Made by a program: the position numbers and the translations under genes
In this document: in pieces, positions 24,901-38,292 of the stretch
Position numbering within the stretch: the first letter of the stretch is position 1
Layout of the letters: each line of letters starts with the position of its first letter
From: Craspedostauros australis
Taxonomy: Eukaryota
Length of the DNA stretch: 64,000 bases
Assembly (NCBI GenBank): GCA_030167865.1
Contig: JALAGF010006287.1
Location: 1 to 64,000, forward strand
Direction of reading: 5' to 3'
Notes under the pieces: generated by a model
Database searches by the model: none
What the model was told of the DNA's origin: nothing
Seen by the model: only the letters and a program-made list of their open reading frames with translations

Positions 24901-27900
24901 GTTGCAAGTGCATGCTGTCCAAGCCGCAAACCACCACATCCAAATCAGATGAAGGCAGGTCGAGCTGGGTCGCGCAGCTGCCGTACATCTCGACGGAGCA
25001 CATATCAGGCCAGATCCCCTATTGTGATGTCGTTGCGCAAACGTAGAGCAAAGTCACGAGCATGTAGATCGCCGGTAGCGTTGTCAATGGAATTGTGGGA
25101 AGAAACATGAAACCGGAATGAATGTGAGGAAATTGTTGAAACCGCGTCATCCTTTTGACTTCAACAAGCTTTTTGCGATGGATTCGTGTATGCGCACGCG
25201 CACATCCTCAAGCAAGCAACAGAAGGACTTACCGAGAGCGTCTCCTCAAGGGCGATCAACACAGAGTTGCGCTCGGACCGACGTAGCTGCAGCGCGTGTG
25301 ATCTACGACGCATGAACACCGTCATGTCCCGAGTCAAGCGGTCGCAAACATCCAACAAGTGATATCCAACATCATTCTCGTCGACGGCCGACGATGACAA
25401 ATGATGGCGACCTGAATGCGGTGCATCAAGGCTGGAGGCAACGGACGACCCGGCGCTGTTGGCATTCTCGGGGCTCAGCAGGGTCGGCAGCGGCGGCGAG
25501 GCTGAGGACTCGTTCTGTGTCTCAGAGATTGTCTTCTGCGTCCTTGGCCGCTGGTGATTGGCGCTGTCGCCAAGACTCGAGTCGCTCCTCACGATGTTGA
25601 CTTGCTGCTCATTCGGTTTGCTGACCTTCGGTTCCTTGGGCACAACGCCGTTGGTGGTCATGGAATTGGTTGATACAGCAGAGAGTGTTTCTGGCACAGT
25701 CGTGGTCGTGTTCTGATCGATGCTGGTTTGCGCTGCCTTGTCACGCCCAAGTCTTTTTCCATCGTTTCTAGGCTTTGGCGATACGTGAGTGCGCCTCGAG
25801 GTGTCTCCAACGGCAGACTTTTTGGGGAGCACGCTGATGGGTTTCCTCGCGGAAGGAGCGGCACCATTGTTGGATGTTCCCAATAGCACGTCGCGCAAGG
25901 TCCCTTCCTTCGGTGATGCTGAAACCGAAGTAGAACCAGACCTTCGGGACACGGATTGCTGCATGGATGACGGCTTAGCACCACTTCCTGAGTTGCGGTT
26001 TTCAAAGCGAGATGGAGCAGGCCACCGACTGGAGGTTGGGAGTCCAGGGGCGTCTCTTCTCAAGGGCTGAACACGTCGCCGCTGGACTTCGGTGTCTACA
26101 GCATCAAGCACCGTCGAAAGGATCTCCCTTGCCATCTTGCGATTCGCGGTGCTTCTGCGTGCAGCGCGGCTCCGCGGTGTCTTCGACTTCTTCCCACCGC
26201 TCGAATTGCTGCTGGAACCGAAGCTCTGCTGGTTGCCGAAGCGGACACCTCCCGACTTCTTGCGGTTCTTTGATCGTACTTCAACCGTCTCCCAGGCGTC
26301 GTCATTGTCGTCGCCGTCGTTCGCTGGAGCTGCTGCTGCTGGCGGTGATGGTACGGAGGTTGGTGACACGCTGCTGGCTGCTGTCGCGTCAGTGCTGTTG
26401 TGGGCGTCGCCCTTGGGTGCGCGATATGGTGCTGCAGTTGTGTTCATGTTCCCGCTCGCCGGACTCTCTGATTTCGTGGAAACATCAGTCGTCACTGACG
26501 CAATCGATTTCGCATCCTGCTCGACCTTCGCATCAATGTGACCGGCATCAAGAGACGTGGAGCTTGCTCTGTCGGACCGGGCATCGTCACGGCTGGCGTC
26601 TGCTGTGCTGTCGCTTTCGATTGGTTGCTGCTGTGGTTGCTGTTGCTTGCGAGATGCTCCAGGCATGTTCGATGCCACACTCTTTTGAGCTTCGTGTGTC
26701 GATTTTGACTTCACGGTGCCAGCGTGCGTATCACCCGATGAAAAAGCACCCTCGATATTCCCCAAGGACACACGAACCGCCGTCGCATCATCTTTACCAT
26801 CGTCAGCTTGCGAAAACTTCGACAGGTCCTCCAGAGATGTGTTCGACGCACCCAATGATACGTCTGGACTTGTCTGTGTGGATGCATCTGCTGTTGAGTT
26901 TTTACGCTTCTGTGAAGACATAAACATCGTGCATAGAACAACAAGACAGTTAGTCAGTGAGTATGGCCAATAGAGCAGAGTATCCGAAGTTGACAAACTG
27001 ATCGCAATCTCTTCGATCCGTCACAAGCATGCATTGAGCAGACCATCACAATCCGCGCAAGCGAAAGAGCGCAGTACCATTCTCCAAGAGGTGTACCAAC
27101 ACCGGAAACCTTGTTTCGTTTCGTTTCCTTTCATTTCGTCTTGTACTCGTAGACTGTAGACGAGACCGAAATCATCGAGTCCACGTCGAGAAGCAATTAG
27201 CGGAGCAAATGAACCGACCAACTCTTACCTTTTTCTTCTTGTTCTTCCTCTTTTTCTTCTGCGAGTCGTTGCCTTCAGCAAGTGTCGCGGCAGCCGCATC
27301 GATCACAGAAGCCGGAGTTGCGCTGACGGTCACTTTTGAATTTTGTGCCGCAACGTCAATGATCTCCGGTCCGGTCTTTGGATCATCGGTGGGGGGATTG
27401 ACGACATCTTTTTCCACGGATGTCGACTTCGTCTCAGCACTTGCTTGAACGGGTTCCGGATTATTGATGTCGGCGACACTGCAAGTAGATGCCTGTTCCG
27501 TCGTCGCTGTGGTTGCTGCTTCTGCTGCAGCCGATGTGTTCACTGCTGCGCTTGGCATCGGCGAAGCAGTGATGCCAGCAACAGTGGTCGAAGGCAACGC
27601 AGTGCCAGGTGTCGCAGCTGTCCATGTTGCAGGACTTTCTTCATCAGTGGTGGCGTTCAACGATGATTCTGGTTGTAGTTTGTTGTCGAAACTCGTCAAT
27701 GATTGACGAAATGAGTCGTCCCACCGATGGAACAGTGCGGTCGATGATGGAATCCCAAGCGACAGCCAGCCCGCGAGCCGAGTGACTGGACTCAGGAGAA
27801 GATCCTGAATACTGACCTCGATCTCGATGGTGGACGGCGTCGATATTGGCTGTGGCAAGGCAGCGGGAAGTGAGACATTAGCCGAAGCAATGCTACCGCC

Positions 27901-30849
27901 GAAACGCGTGTGCATCTCATCTGCCTTCAAGGAGACCGAAGTGATGAGTGCTCGGACTTCTGGCGAAGGCACGGTTGATGGTGATTGTGCATCGGACGCG
28001 GATTGCATAGATTTGGAGGCTGCACGGAATGAATCATGAATGGCCATCTCGAAACGAAAGAGCAGTAATTTGTACAAGGCCATCTTCTGCTGATGACGTT
28101 GCTGGCGTCTTGTTTGTTGATGCTCATGGCTGATGTCATGATTGGTGTTGTCACCCTTCTCGTCGCCATGATCGTTTTCCACAGTGTTGGTCCCATGCGC
28201 TCCAGTTTCATTTTCAAGTCGCTGCCGCAGGTTGCTCAGCCAGAGCGAGCCGTCTCCGTCGTAGAATTGAGTAAGAAAGGCCGGGGCCTCCAACCCTCCC
28301 TCTCCCTGTGACAAAGCCTGGTCAAACGCCGCCAAGGTTTGTTCCCCATCCATTAGCTCCATAAAGTTCGGCTGCAATGTTACGAATAGTTGCCGATTGG
28401 TGTCACTGCTTGTTCCAGGAACTTCCAAAGATTTTGCCTGGGCTGTAGTCTCAGTAGCGCTGAAGTCGAAAGCAGCTGGGAAGATGACGCAGAGTGTGTT
28501 CATGAGGATGTCAACTCTCTCAGTCACTTCCATCGATGCGGGCTGTGTATGGTCGATCGAATCGTCATTGGATTTGTTGGAGCTCCGGTTGGGCTCTGCA
28601 GTCGTGTCCATATTGGTGGTGGCACTGGTGCTCGATGGTGTGGCTGTGCTTGGTGGTGCTGTCGTCCCGACTGTTGTCGTTGTCGTTGTCGATGCAGTCG
28701 TTGCTATCTGTCTTTGATGCGGTTGTTCCGCGTCGGTGCTGGGACCAAATGCAGTTTGAGAATCACGTATTCTGTACGCATCTCCGGGTGCCTGTGTCGT
28801 TGACGACGCATCATCTTCCTTCTCCGGTGCAGCGTTGACACTGGAGTCTGCCTTTGCACTCGTACTGTGAGTGTCGCTGTCGTTGCCATTGTCGGCGGTT
28901 CTCCCCTTGTTGTTGTTGTTGGTGGTGGTGGTGGTGCTATTCTGCAAACCATTGCAGTCCGGCGTGATGGTACCCACAATCACGGCATCGTTCGTTGGTG
29001 GTGCAGACACCATCGCTCCGTGGTCAGCAGCGTTGTCAGAGACGATCACATCATCGTGCATTGGCGTCACATGACTTGTTCCAGCGCCAGTCAGACCGCC
29101 GGTTGCGACGACTGCTTTGCTTGCGTCTTCCATGTCACTCAAAGTCATCATTCGTCCCCAATGGATTGCTGCTTCCAGTGTTGCGTGTTGCGTGTTGCGT
29201 GTGACGTGTTAGGAAGAGCCGTGCGTCCGGAAAATACGATTGCGTTGCGTTGCAATGCAGCAGACCAATGAGCAGATCGGCACGTGAGGCCAGCAAGATG
29301 GGAGACGCCAGTACGTATGACGCGGGCAAGCAAAGGAGTTATTGATCGGGTGAGCAAGTTGGTACCAGTCAATCCAAACAATCACAGTGCTGGGTATTCG
29401 TGTGCTGTGCCGTGCCGCACGTTGCTGTGCGCTTGTAGATGAGTGTGTGGATGTCGATGTGTGCGTGCGTGATGGCCTTTGTGTGTGCCTTTGGTGAAGA
29501 GATGGTTCGTTTGGAACACCTCCCAATCACAAATCGCACACCACCACCGTTTCAAGCTCTGATCCGTATCGCAAGGGACGTCTGCTTCTGTGGAGGTGTG
29601 TCTTTGTGTGCGTATTGTATCGTATCGTATTGTATGGTATCGTAGCTCGCACTCGTGTCGCAGTCTGGTGCAGTTCCTTTTGGATGAGGTGCACGAATGG
29701 AGTCGATGATGGCATCCACTCCTTTCGTTTTGTTTCTTTTCGCTTGTTTCTGTTTTTATCTCATTCCCCGCGCCACAGCACACAACACTGCGCAACACCA
29801 CCGCAAAACCACACATCAAAAGTCCACAGTGGCGGCAATCCAAGTTCGCACACAAATGCGCGAAAGCAGACAACACGAGATGACACAGCGAAGTCCATGA
29901 CACAAACGAATTTGTGGTGCTTGTGCACTCTTTTCCTGCTGTGGTACTGGTGGTACTTACGAGGGTTCGTCTGTCTGCCGACCGAAATGGTTGAGTCCAT
30001 CGAATCGAACGCCAAAGGCTCCTTTTTTGGATGGGTGTTGTTGTTGGGTTCGGCGTTGTTCGCGCTGTCGGTGTTGTGGGTATCGTCATTCGAACACGAA
30101 TGCCTGTGGGCTTGTTGATCACCAGAGGAATCCGCCACAAGATGGAGGAGGGTGGCGAGGAAGTGGTCGTCGTGGAAGCCCATGGCGGCAAGTCTTTCCG
30201 CCGATGAAAGCTTCCGAAACCAAGAACGAATGTCAGCGTCAGCCGGTTGCTGTGAAATGGTCTTGTCGGCGTTGAGGACCGGTGTTGATGGCTCGATGGT
30301 TGTTGCAGCGGTCAGAAGCGCCGTCATCGCGCCACCACTCTGGTTTGTGTCCATGGCATCAGCCGCAATGTTGTTGTTGCTGTTGTTGCTGTTGCTGTTG
30401 CTGTTGTTGCTGGGGGCCTTATCTCGCGCGCGTCGCCGGCGTGCTCTCTTGCGATTCCGGGCTGTTGCTCCTGATGGTTTTGGTTGGTCGTTCGGACTGG
30501 TGTTGGGACTGGTGTTGGTGTTGGCGATAGAGTTACCGCCAGGGTTTGCGCCGTTCGATTTCTTGCTGCTGCTGCGCATCGAATTCGGTTGGCTTCTGCG
30601 AGAGGCAGCCTCTGCCGCCTGTTCTTGGTTTGTGTTTGATGTTTCTGCAATCACTCCTTTGCTTGTCTTTGTGGCCGTGCGAGGCGACGTGGTCACCTTG
30701 GAAGCACTGGTGTGCTCGTTGGTCTTGTTGCGCTGCTTCTCCCCGCCTGACAAAGCTCCGTGGACAGGAACTGCTCCACCCCCTGGAGCAGCCTTGTTGT
30801 CCGCAGCGGAATGGGCGGTTTGGGCCGTAATGGTGCCGGTAGTTGTGAT
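21920..30849 (-). CDS. Large non-canonical poly(A)/RNA nucleotidyltransferase (Pol-beta superfamily, TRF4/TENT-like, resembling plant NTP6/MEE44); model join(30849?..29961,29168..27229,26909..25233,25018..21920); start uncertain (first in-frame ATG 30579)
   Basis: IWPDMCSVEMYGSCATQLDLPSSDLDVVV (GS plus DxD), VDITF (third Asp), GGLSSYALLLL, PAP-associated LLMHFLLFYGQHFD and DPIVVYDPL...NNVARSCF. Three GT-AG introns keep the frame. The NTase call is firm; the 5' exon linkage is less so. Confidence 0.8.
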
Positions 30850-32086
30850 CTATAAGTGCTCCACAACGCTACGCTATGCAGCACTGCGCTGTTCTATGTT
30901 GTGTTGACGTCGCACTGATCCGTCGTTCTCGATTGCGGGATCCGTCTGTAGCCCTGTGGAAGTTGTTTGGAACTGCGCGGCAGGCAAGAACGGATACTCC
31001 TAGTCGTATGGTGTATTATGCGATGCAAAGATCTTCTCTTCTTGCTTCTCCAATTGGCGCCGACTTCAATCCGCAGAGTGTCTGTCCACTTGTTCGGTAC
31101 CAATACAACACTGGCGTGGTGCAGAAGCGATCGGATGGAGGTATCGCGAGCAATCTCTCCGCCGTCAATGTTCTATGGACTCTGCGAAGTGTGCCGTTGT
31201 GCTCTGCTGCACAGATGCCACGCTCTTCTTTTGGATGGTGCGCGCGATTTTTGATGTGACGAAGCGTTTCTTGCCCAACGACGACCACGAGCAACAGCGA
31301 GGCCGATGGAGAGGCGTCCTCCTTGTTTCTCGTGTTCCTTTCTCTCAACCTGGTCCCACCCGCCACGAACCGCCCTTGCACGTCCAGATACTCTGCGCCA
31401 CGCAGCACCACGAACAATGGCCGACACACCTGTTTGTGTGTGTTCCTCCTTTCACCAGAAGATGGCGATGTTGAGGTTTGCGAATCCAATGAAGTCCGCT
31501 GAATGGACTCCTTCGACTAATTGACATTTATGGTTGGTGGGAGATTCCCACTCGCGAGGACCAATCAGAAGCGACCAATCATCCGATTTGATGTTGGCAC
31601 GTTTCGAAACGTCCTGTGGCCACAAGGTCGGCATTTTCTGGTTCTCTGTTGTTGTTCCGATCGCCGCAATCGTCACCAACACAATCACCAACACCATCAA
31701 CGCCTCCGCTCCTTCTTGGAGGCAAAGGAGCAGAGCTGTGTAGAGTACCTGTACGACTACTCACACACAATCAAGGACGATTGATGAGCCGACGATGTGA
31801 GGCAGTTCCGGCTTGATTCTCTTGATTGATGAACGGTTGTTGTGCTGCACGTGCCGTATGATCTACGGGACAAGAGAGTATCCACGCTCGTTTGCGCCAA
31901 TAGTAAGCCATCAAATGAGGAAGAAATATAGTATCACACTGGCGCTGCACTAACACTACAGCACTAGCACCGCGTATCATTGGTCTCCGCATCAATGCAA
32001 AATCGAGAGAGGTTGCATTAAATCGTCCGATTCGAGAATCACCGACGGAAGATCACAATCAATGAGGTTGTTCCTGAGTGAAGCTG

Positions 32087-35000
32087 CTACTCTGGCTGCC
32101 CTGCTTGCTTCTGTTGTGCTGGCTTGTCTTCTTGCGTCTGTGGCCGTAGCTCCTCCGCCTTCGGCTCCTCCTTAGACTCTTCCTTAGACTTTTCTACCTC
32201 TGCCTTCATACCATCCTGCTTCTGTTCTGATTCTTGTTGTTCATGCTTGTTCGCTTGGGCTTGGCCGGCTTCTTGTACCGACGACACCTCAGTCGTTTCA
32301 GTTGGTGCAGGAGCACTTTCTGACCTTGTGACAGCCTCAGGCGCAGGGCTTGGCACTGATTCTTTCGTTCCCGCCTTGGTCATCGTCGAAGATCTAACTT
32401 CAGCCTTGCTTGCTGGCTTTGAGCTCGACTTCGTTATTCCTGCTTGCTCCTCCTCTTCGATGATCTCGCCTTCATCTTCGCTCGAATCATCGTGCACATT
32501 TCTGGACTTGCTCTGTTGCTTTGCTTGCGCTCCGCTCCCCTCTTTCGCCCTCCGCATTAGCTCGTCGTAGTACAGCTTCGCGCTGCAAACAGGATCCGAG
32601 TGCCGCAGTATCTGGCGGACTTCGCCGTAGAACGTGGACGAGTACGCAGCCTCCTTCAACAGATTCTGGGTGAAGTCATCGTAGCTCGTGCTCACCTTGA
32701 CAGAAATGTCCTGTTTGGCATCGTGCACAATGTCACTGAGCAGCAAGCGGTCACGACGGTACACGTGATCCCAATCATCCACGAAGCGGTTGAAGAGATC
32801 GATAGGAGCATCTCGATCCTGCGAGAGCACCGGTGCGTACGATGCGTCCGCTGACAAGTGCTCCTCGACGTGCCTCCACTGGCTGTGCGGGAAAATCTTA
32901 CCCTGGACAGCGAGCTTTCGCAAGGCATCCCGGTACGCATCGCGCTGGGCCTTCTCGGCTCTGCGCCGAGCCTCACGGATGCGATGCTGCTTGTCATCTT
33001 CGGTTGCTTGCAAGTCTGTGACTGCGTCAGCAAAGTAAAGCTGCCTGTCCGAGTCCGCAAGGATGTTGGACGTTGCGAATCTTGGATCTGCCTTGTCTGC
33101 TTCGCTTAGATTCGCAACGAATACCTCCCTGTTGCCATGTCACAACACACACGCACATAGTAGAGCAGAGCAGATACGTATGGCATAATACAGACGTGCG
33201 CACGCACGAAAGGGAGAGAGGGGAGAGAGAGAGAAGGATATGAGTGGATATGAACACATTTTGAAGTGATGGATGTGAGTGAACGACTGAACGACTGACT
33301 GCCCGGACGAAAGAACGAACGAACGAACAAATAAGCAAGCATGTGGGTATCCAGAATTACTCAAGCCAAGTTGAACCAGCGCATGTGCAGTATGTGCGCA
33401 GTACATTGCAGTACAGTACTCGCATGGACAGACTCGTGCAAGTACAATCGATACTCACCATGTTGATGCAAACGTGAATGTTCCAGCTTCCTCCTTCTCT
33501 TTGAGGAACGAAAGGAAGTTGGTCTGTGCATCGCGACGTCTATTGCGCTTTCTTCGCTCCTCGCGTTTTCGCATTTCTTCGCAGAATTCGCTGAACAATG
33601 TTTCTCTCGTCGCTTCGTCTTCCACCGCATAAAATCGATCCTGCTTGGACAAGAAGGATCGGATGTCGATGAAGCGCGAGGTGCGAGCTGAAAAGCTGGG
33701 GATTGTTGGCAAGATCTCCGTGAGCATCTCTCCGAATGCTTCCTTCGCTCTGGCTCTTTCTTGCCGTTCCAGATTTCGCAGTTCGTTTGCTCGTTTCGTC
33801 TGATACTCTGCCATGGCCTGTTTCCGATCGCCGACTGTCAGGGTGAGTTCGCAGGCAGCCCAGCGCGAGTCCGAGGAGCACATCTTGACAACCTCGTTCC
33901 ACTTGATGTTCGGTGGCACAGCCTTTGCGAGCAGCAGACCCTTGAAAGCTGCAATGGCCTCCGCACGGTTGTTGAAGATGGATTCCTTCTCTTTCTTTGC
34001 TTCCGCCTTCTTGCGTTTGGGTGGCGGTTCGCGAGGTTCCGGTTTCTCCTCGTCGCCTACAAAGTCAGCAGGTCGTTCCCAGGTCGTTGAGGTGCCATCG
34101 GAATAGTACTTCTTCCCGGTCGCCGCATCCTCATACTCAAGCCAGTTTCGTTTCGACCGTTTCTGTGCGGATGTCGCTGAAGATTGAGTGCTGGTGGTGA
34201 CGCTGTTGGATGTAGGTGTCTGCGCAGCTGCGGGCATCATCGTGGTCTGTGGCATCGATCCAGGTGTGATGTAGGTGGATTCGCGTGTCACCGAATTGTA
34301 GAAGTATTTCTCACCCTCATCTGACAGGTGGTCCGTCCATACCTGATCACGGGGGGTGTTTGCATAGGCAGATGTCGGCGTGGCACCCGTCGCTGGCACT
34401 GCGTTCAATGGTATCGTCTGTGGATATTGCTGAGTCAGCGGGTGGGACGGTGAGCCATGCATTTGATTCTGCAGATGCGGCAAAAGTGCTCCCGTCTGCG
34501 GCGGTGGTGAGTTGATTGGCATTGATGGATGGGGTGGTCGTGCGAAGGGAGCCATTGGCGAAACACCATTCTGATGCATGCTCTGTGGTGGGAGACGATC
34601 AACCGGTGGTTGCAACATCATGGGTGACGCTGGAGGGCGGCCAGCAAGACCAAACCCACCCGGTGGTGAGTGCTGATGATGGTGTTGTTGTTGTGGTGGA
34701 TGCTGTGGTAGGTGTTGTGGTGGATGTTGCTGATGCTGATGTGGTGGATGCTGTGGTGGATGTTGCTGATGCTGATGTGGTCCTCTCCCAGGCATAGATC
34801 TGTTCGTGGGTGGTCTTGCCAGATTCATGTTGGGTGGCATGTTTCCGTGTGGCGAGCCCATCGGAGGTGGGACTCCATTTCTTGGCGCCCAATTGCCTTG
34901 CGGATGTGGCAGGTGGCGGTTCCCATTTTCCAGCATTCGGTGCTGCTGCGGTCCACCTCTGCCAGGAGGGCCACGCATCCCGCCACCTCGCCCACCCATG

Positions 35001-35404
35001 TTTCTGCCACCCATGTTTCCACCACCGCCTCTCATTGGTGGGCCGCGATCGTCATGAGGATGGTTCATCATCATCGGTCCTCTTCCCATGTGTCTTCCTC
35101 CTCCCATCCTGCCTCTCCCTCTTCCTCGGAAGCCACCGTGTGGCATCGGACCCGGTCCTCTGCCTTGCATGTCCCGCGGATGCTGATGTTGATGTTGATG
35201 TTGGTGTGGATGCTGATGCTGATGATGTGGTGATGGCTGATGATGGTGTGGAGGTTGGTGATTCCGTCCCGGTCCACCTCGCCCCATGCGACCTCTGCCA
35301 CCAAAGAAGCCTCGCTCATTGCCATTCATGCCGCCACGTCCATTTGAACGAGGATCGTGCGGGCGATAGCCTGGCGGCAAGGCCCCAGGATGGTTCCGCT
35401 TCAT
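32087..35404 (-). CDS. PRP40: Pre-mRNA processing factor 40 (2 WW plus FF domains), join(35404..33459,33128..32087)
   Basis: WW domains WTDHLSDEGEKYFYNSVTRESTY and WLEYEDAATGKKYYSDGTSTTWERP; FF repeats (AIAAFKGLL, AKEAFGEML, AQTNFLSFL); RGG/Pro/His-rich N-terminus; phase-2 intron joins FASTW-EVFV. Confidence 0.88.
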
Positions 35405-38292
35405 TCCGAATCAGTCTGTGGATATACTGTTGTTCTTCTTCTCCTTCGTTGCCGAATGGATCGCTCTGATAGTCTTGATGTGTCGTGTCTCGAAGTGCCC
35501 AAACGAAGAAGAAGAAGTTCGGCCATCGAATTCGATTCGAGATGGTGGGAGGAGGATCGTTACGACCAACGGCGTATCGTTGTCGGAACCAATGGGTTGC
35601 CAGCGATAGCTGCAGGATGTGCCGAATGATGTGCCGAAGGATGTGCCAAAGAATAGATCAAGGAAGAATGATCCGATGATTGATACTGTTGTCAAAGAAG
35701 ACGTTCACGGCCCTCCGAACAAGTACCCGCTTGATGTGTATTGGAAGATTGCTTGATGGGTGTGTGTTCCAATGCTGATCAACTGGTTGCTGTCTATCCG
35801 TAGAGGAGAGTACTGCGATACAATGGGCATGTGTTGTCGTCCTCGCACTCGCACTCGTACGTTGGTATGCTAGGCTATTCGTGCGAATGGACAGATTGAT
35901 GGATGGATGGATCAATCGAGACGCACGCACAGAAACGGATCTGCACACACAGAACAGGGAGTCAGCCAAGGGAAGACATCAACAACATCAGCAACGACAT
36001 CAGCAACGACATCAGCAACAACGTCCAACCACGGAGGCCGGAGGTTGGCGGGACGAAAAGAAAGGAGGAGGGAGACGAGACGGCGCGCACCACAAAAAAG
36101 AAAAAAGACAATCGTGGTGGAAGACGGGTGGAGGACGAAATCGCCAGAATCCATCGAGTCGATCTGGTCAAAATATCATAACAATTGTTTAAGTACTTGA
36201 TACATGTTTGGCAGAAATGATATTTGATTCGTGGGTGGATGCCGCAAAGCAATCGTGGAAAGAACCGAGATGGAAAGCGCCACTATTTGTGCACTGGAAA
36301 CAGGGAGAAGACACGACACGAAAAAGACCAAAAACGTGAAGGAGAACACGATACGATGTCGTTCTGGCGCGAGTGGCTCGTCGATGTTTGGTACCCTGCG
36401 GCTGCCACAAGCACCAACACCACCAGCGCGGGCACTTGGTGTTGGACACCTGCCTCCGTCTCTCGACATCCTCTTCCTTCGCATCAAAGGTGCCAGACAT
36501 GACCTCCAGGAGTATAGTATTATGGTATTGTATGCTCCACGAGGGAAGCAACAACGGTAACAGGGACATCAGCGCAGGTGAGAGGATTCCTGTGTATGGG
36601 ATGGAACCATGCGGAAGTCCTCTGTTCCGTCGCGCAGCGTTCCGTCGCATCGAGTTTCGTTGCTTCGCGTCGTGTTGTTGTGTGGTGTCTTGTTGCGTTT
36701 TGGTGGATGTTTCGCTTGTGGAGATTTTCTTTGGTGTGATGGTTTCGCAATGGAACTTCAAGTTGGGGACGCATGCGAATGGTCACGTTGGCGTAGTGGT
36801 GAAAACGAGATCAGGAACCTCCCGAGATTCCGTCACCCACCCGGGACTGTTTGATTCTTGTAAGCACCTGCTCGGTGACTGCGACAGATGGCAAGCCCAG
36901 CTGGTGAAAATCAAACCAGGTTGAAGTGCGCTGCGTGAAATGTCAGTAGGAGGTTACGCATGGGATATCCTCATCACATTTTGACTGTCAGCGGGCACAC
37001 AGGAGGCGAAAGGAAGCGATAAAAACGTGTTGATCTGATGCTCAACTTGGCTTCGGCTGTTGCTGTTGCCGTTGTTGTTCTTGGTCTCTTTTCTTCTTCT
37101 TCCTCCTTGCTTTGTGTCTCTCTCTCTCTCTCGCTGTGCCGTTTTTGCAGCGATTTTAATTGTGGCATGAATCTGCAGAGTCGCCAACACTCTTACCAAC
37201 ACTCTTACCAACACCAACACGGCTACGAGGTCCAGGGCCACAAGCGTATCCAGGTCTTTGGTCCTCCTTCTGCTTTCTTGTTGCACTCCTGGGATCGGCG
37301 TCAGTCCCTCTCTCTCTCTCTCTTGTTGGCGTGGAGTCCAATCCGGGTCAAAGCGTGCTTCATCCAACACACAACGTAACGCAGGGCGACGCGTCGAAGA
37401 AGGTATCTGCAGCTCATACCAGCACGATCTACAGTGCCCTCAGTTTTCCTTCGTGCACAGCATTGGACAGAGACGAAGATCCTCAAGTGAAATCAAGCCA
37501 ACACACACAACAACCACTGCAGCACCGCAGACATTCCGAGCAACACCAACCATCCCCAAGCAAGAAACAAGGACTGGAACACACGCTCACTCGCAAGCAA
37601 CTATTATAGTACTGCCTCGTTCATTCGGCAGGTGGTCGCCACAAGAGGACTCCAATACTGTTGTGACTTTGCTGCATTCGTCCGAGTGCGTTGTGGATCC
37701 AAATCCACCCGGCCATACTTGACGAGTACGTGTACCAAACACACCAAACTCCAAAGCAATCGGAAAGAGGGTGCGGAAGGTCGAGGGCAAGGCGTTTGTG
37801 GCCGAGACTCCAGCAATCAACATTCCAACAGAGTATTGTATTGTATTCTATTATAGAATATAATACTATTTTGTACTATTATATTACATTATACTCAACA
37901 AGACACAATACACAACAGACATCGAGATTGAGATTGAGGAAAGCACGTTGGATCGGATCGGATCAGTTCAGATCGCCGCAGAAACGTTGGAGGAAGTTGA
38001 AGTTGAGGTTGCGTGGGTGCATCACCAAGAGACGAAGAAACGAAGGAAACGGAACATAACACGGATCGGCAGCAAACAAGAAAGAACGCAAGAAAACAAG
38101 CAACGAAACAACCAAGCAAGCAAGAGAGAGAGGGAACGCGTCCACCTCTTGTGATCTGCTCATACAAGTACGAACACGAGAACGAGCACTTCATCGAAAC
38201 CTCATTCCGGGATCGCCATCACCACAAGGGCAACTACCACAGCAGAACACCACAGACCCTGGCTACGCTACGCTAGTATCAACAATCCCAAG

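Noticed and set aside
35500..38290. ORFs between PRP40 and the Myb-like gene
   Set aside because: Microsatellite-derived low-complexity sequence, most likely divergent promoters and UTRs.
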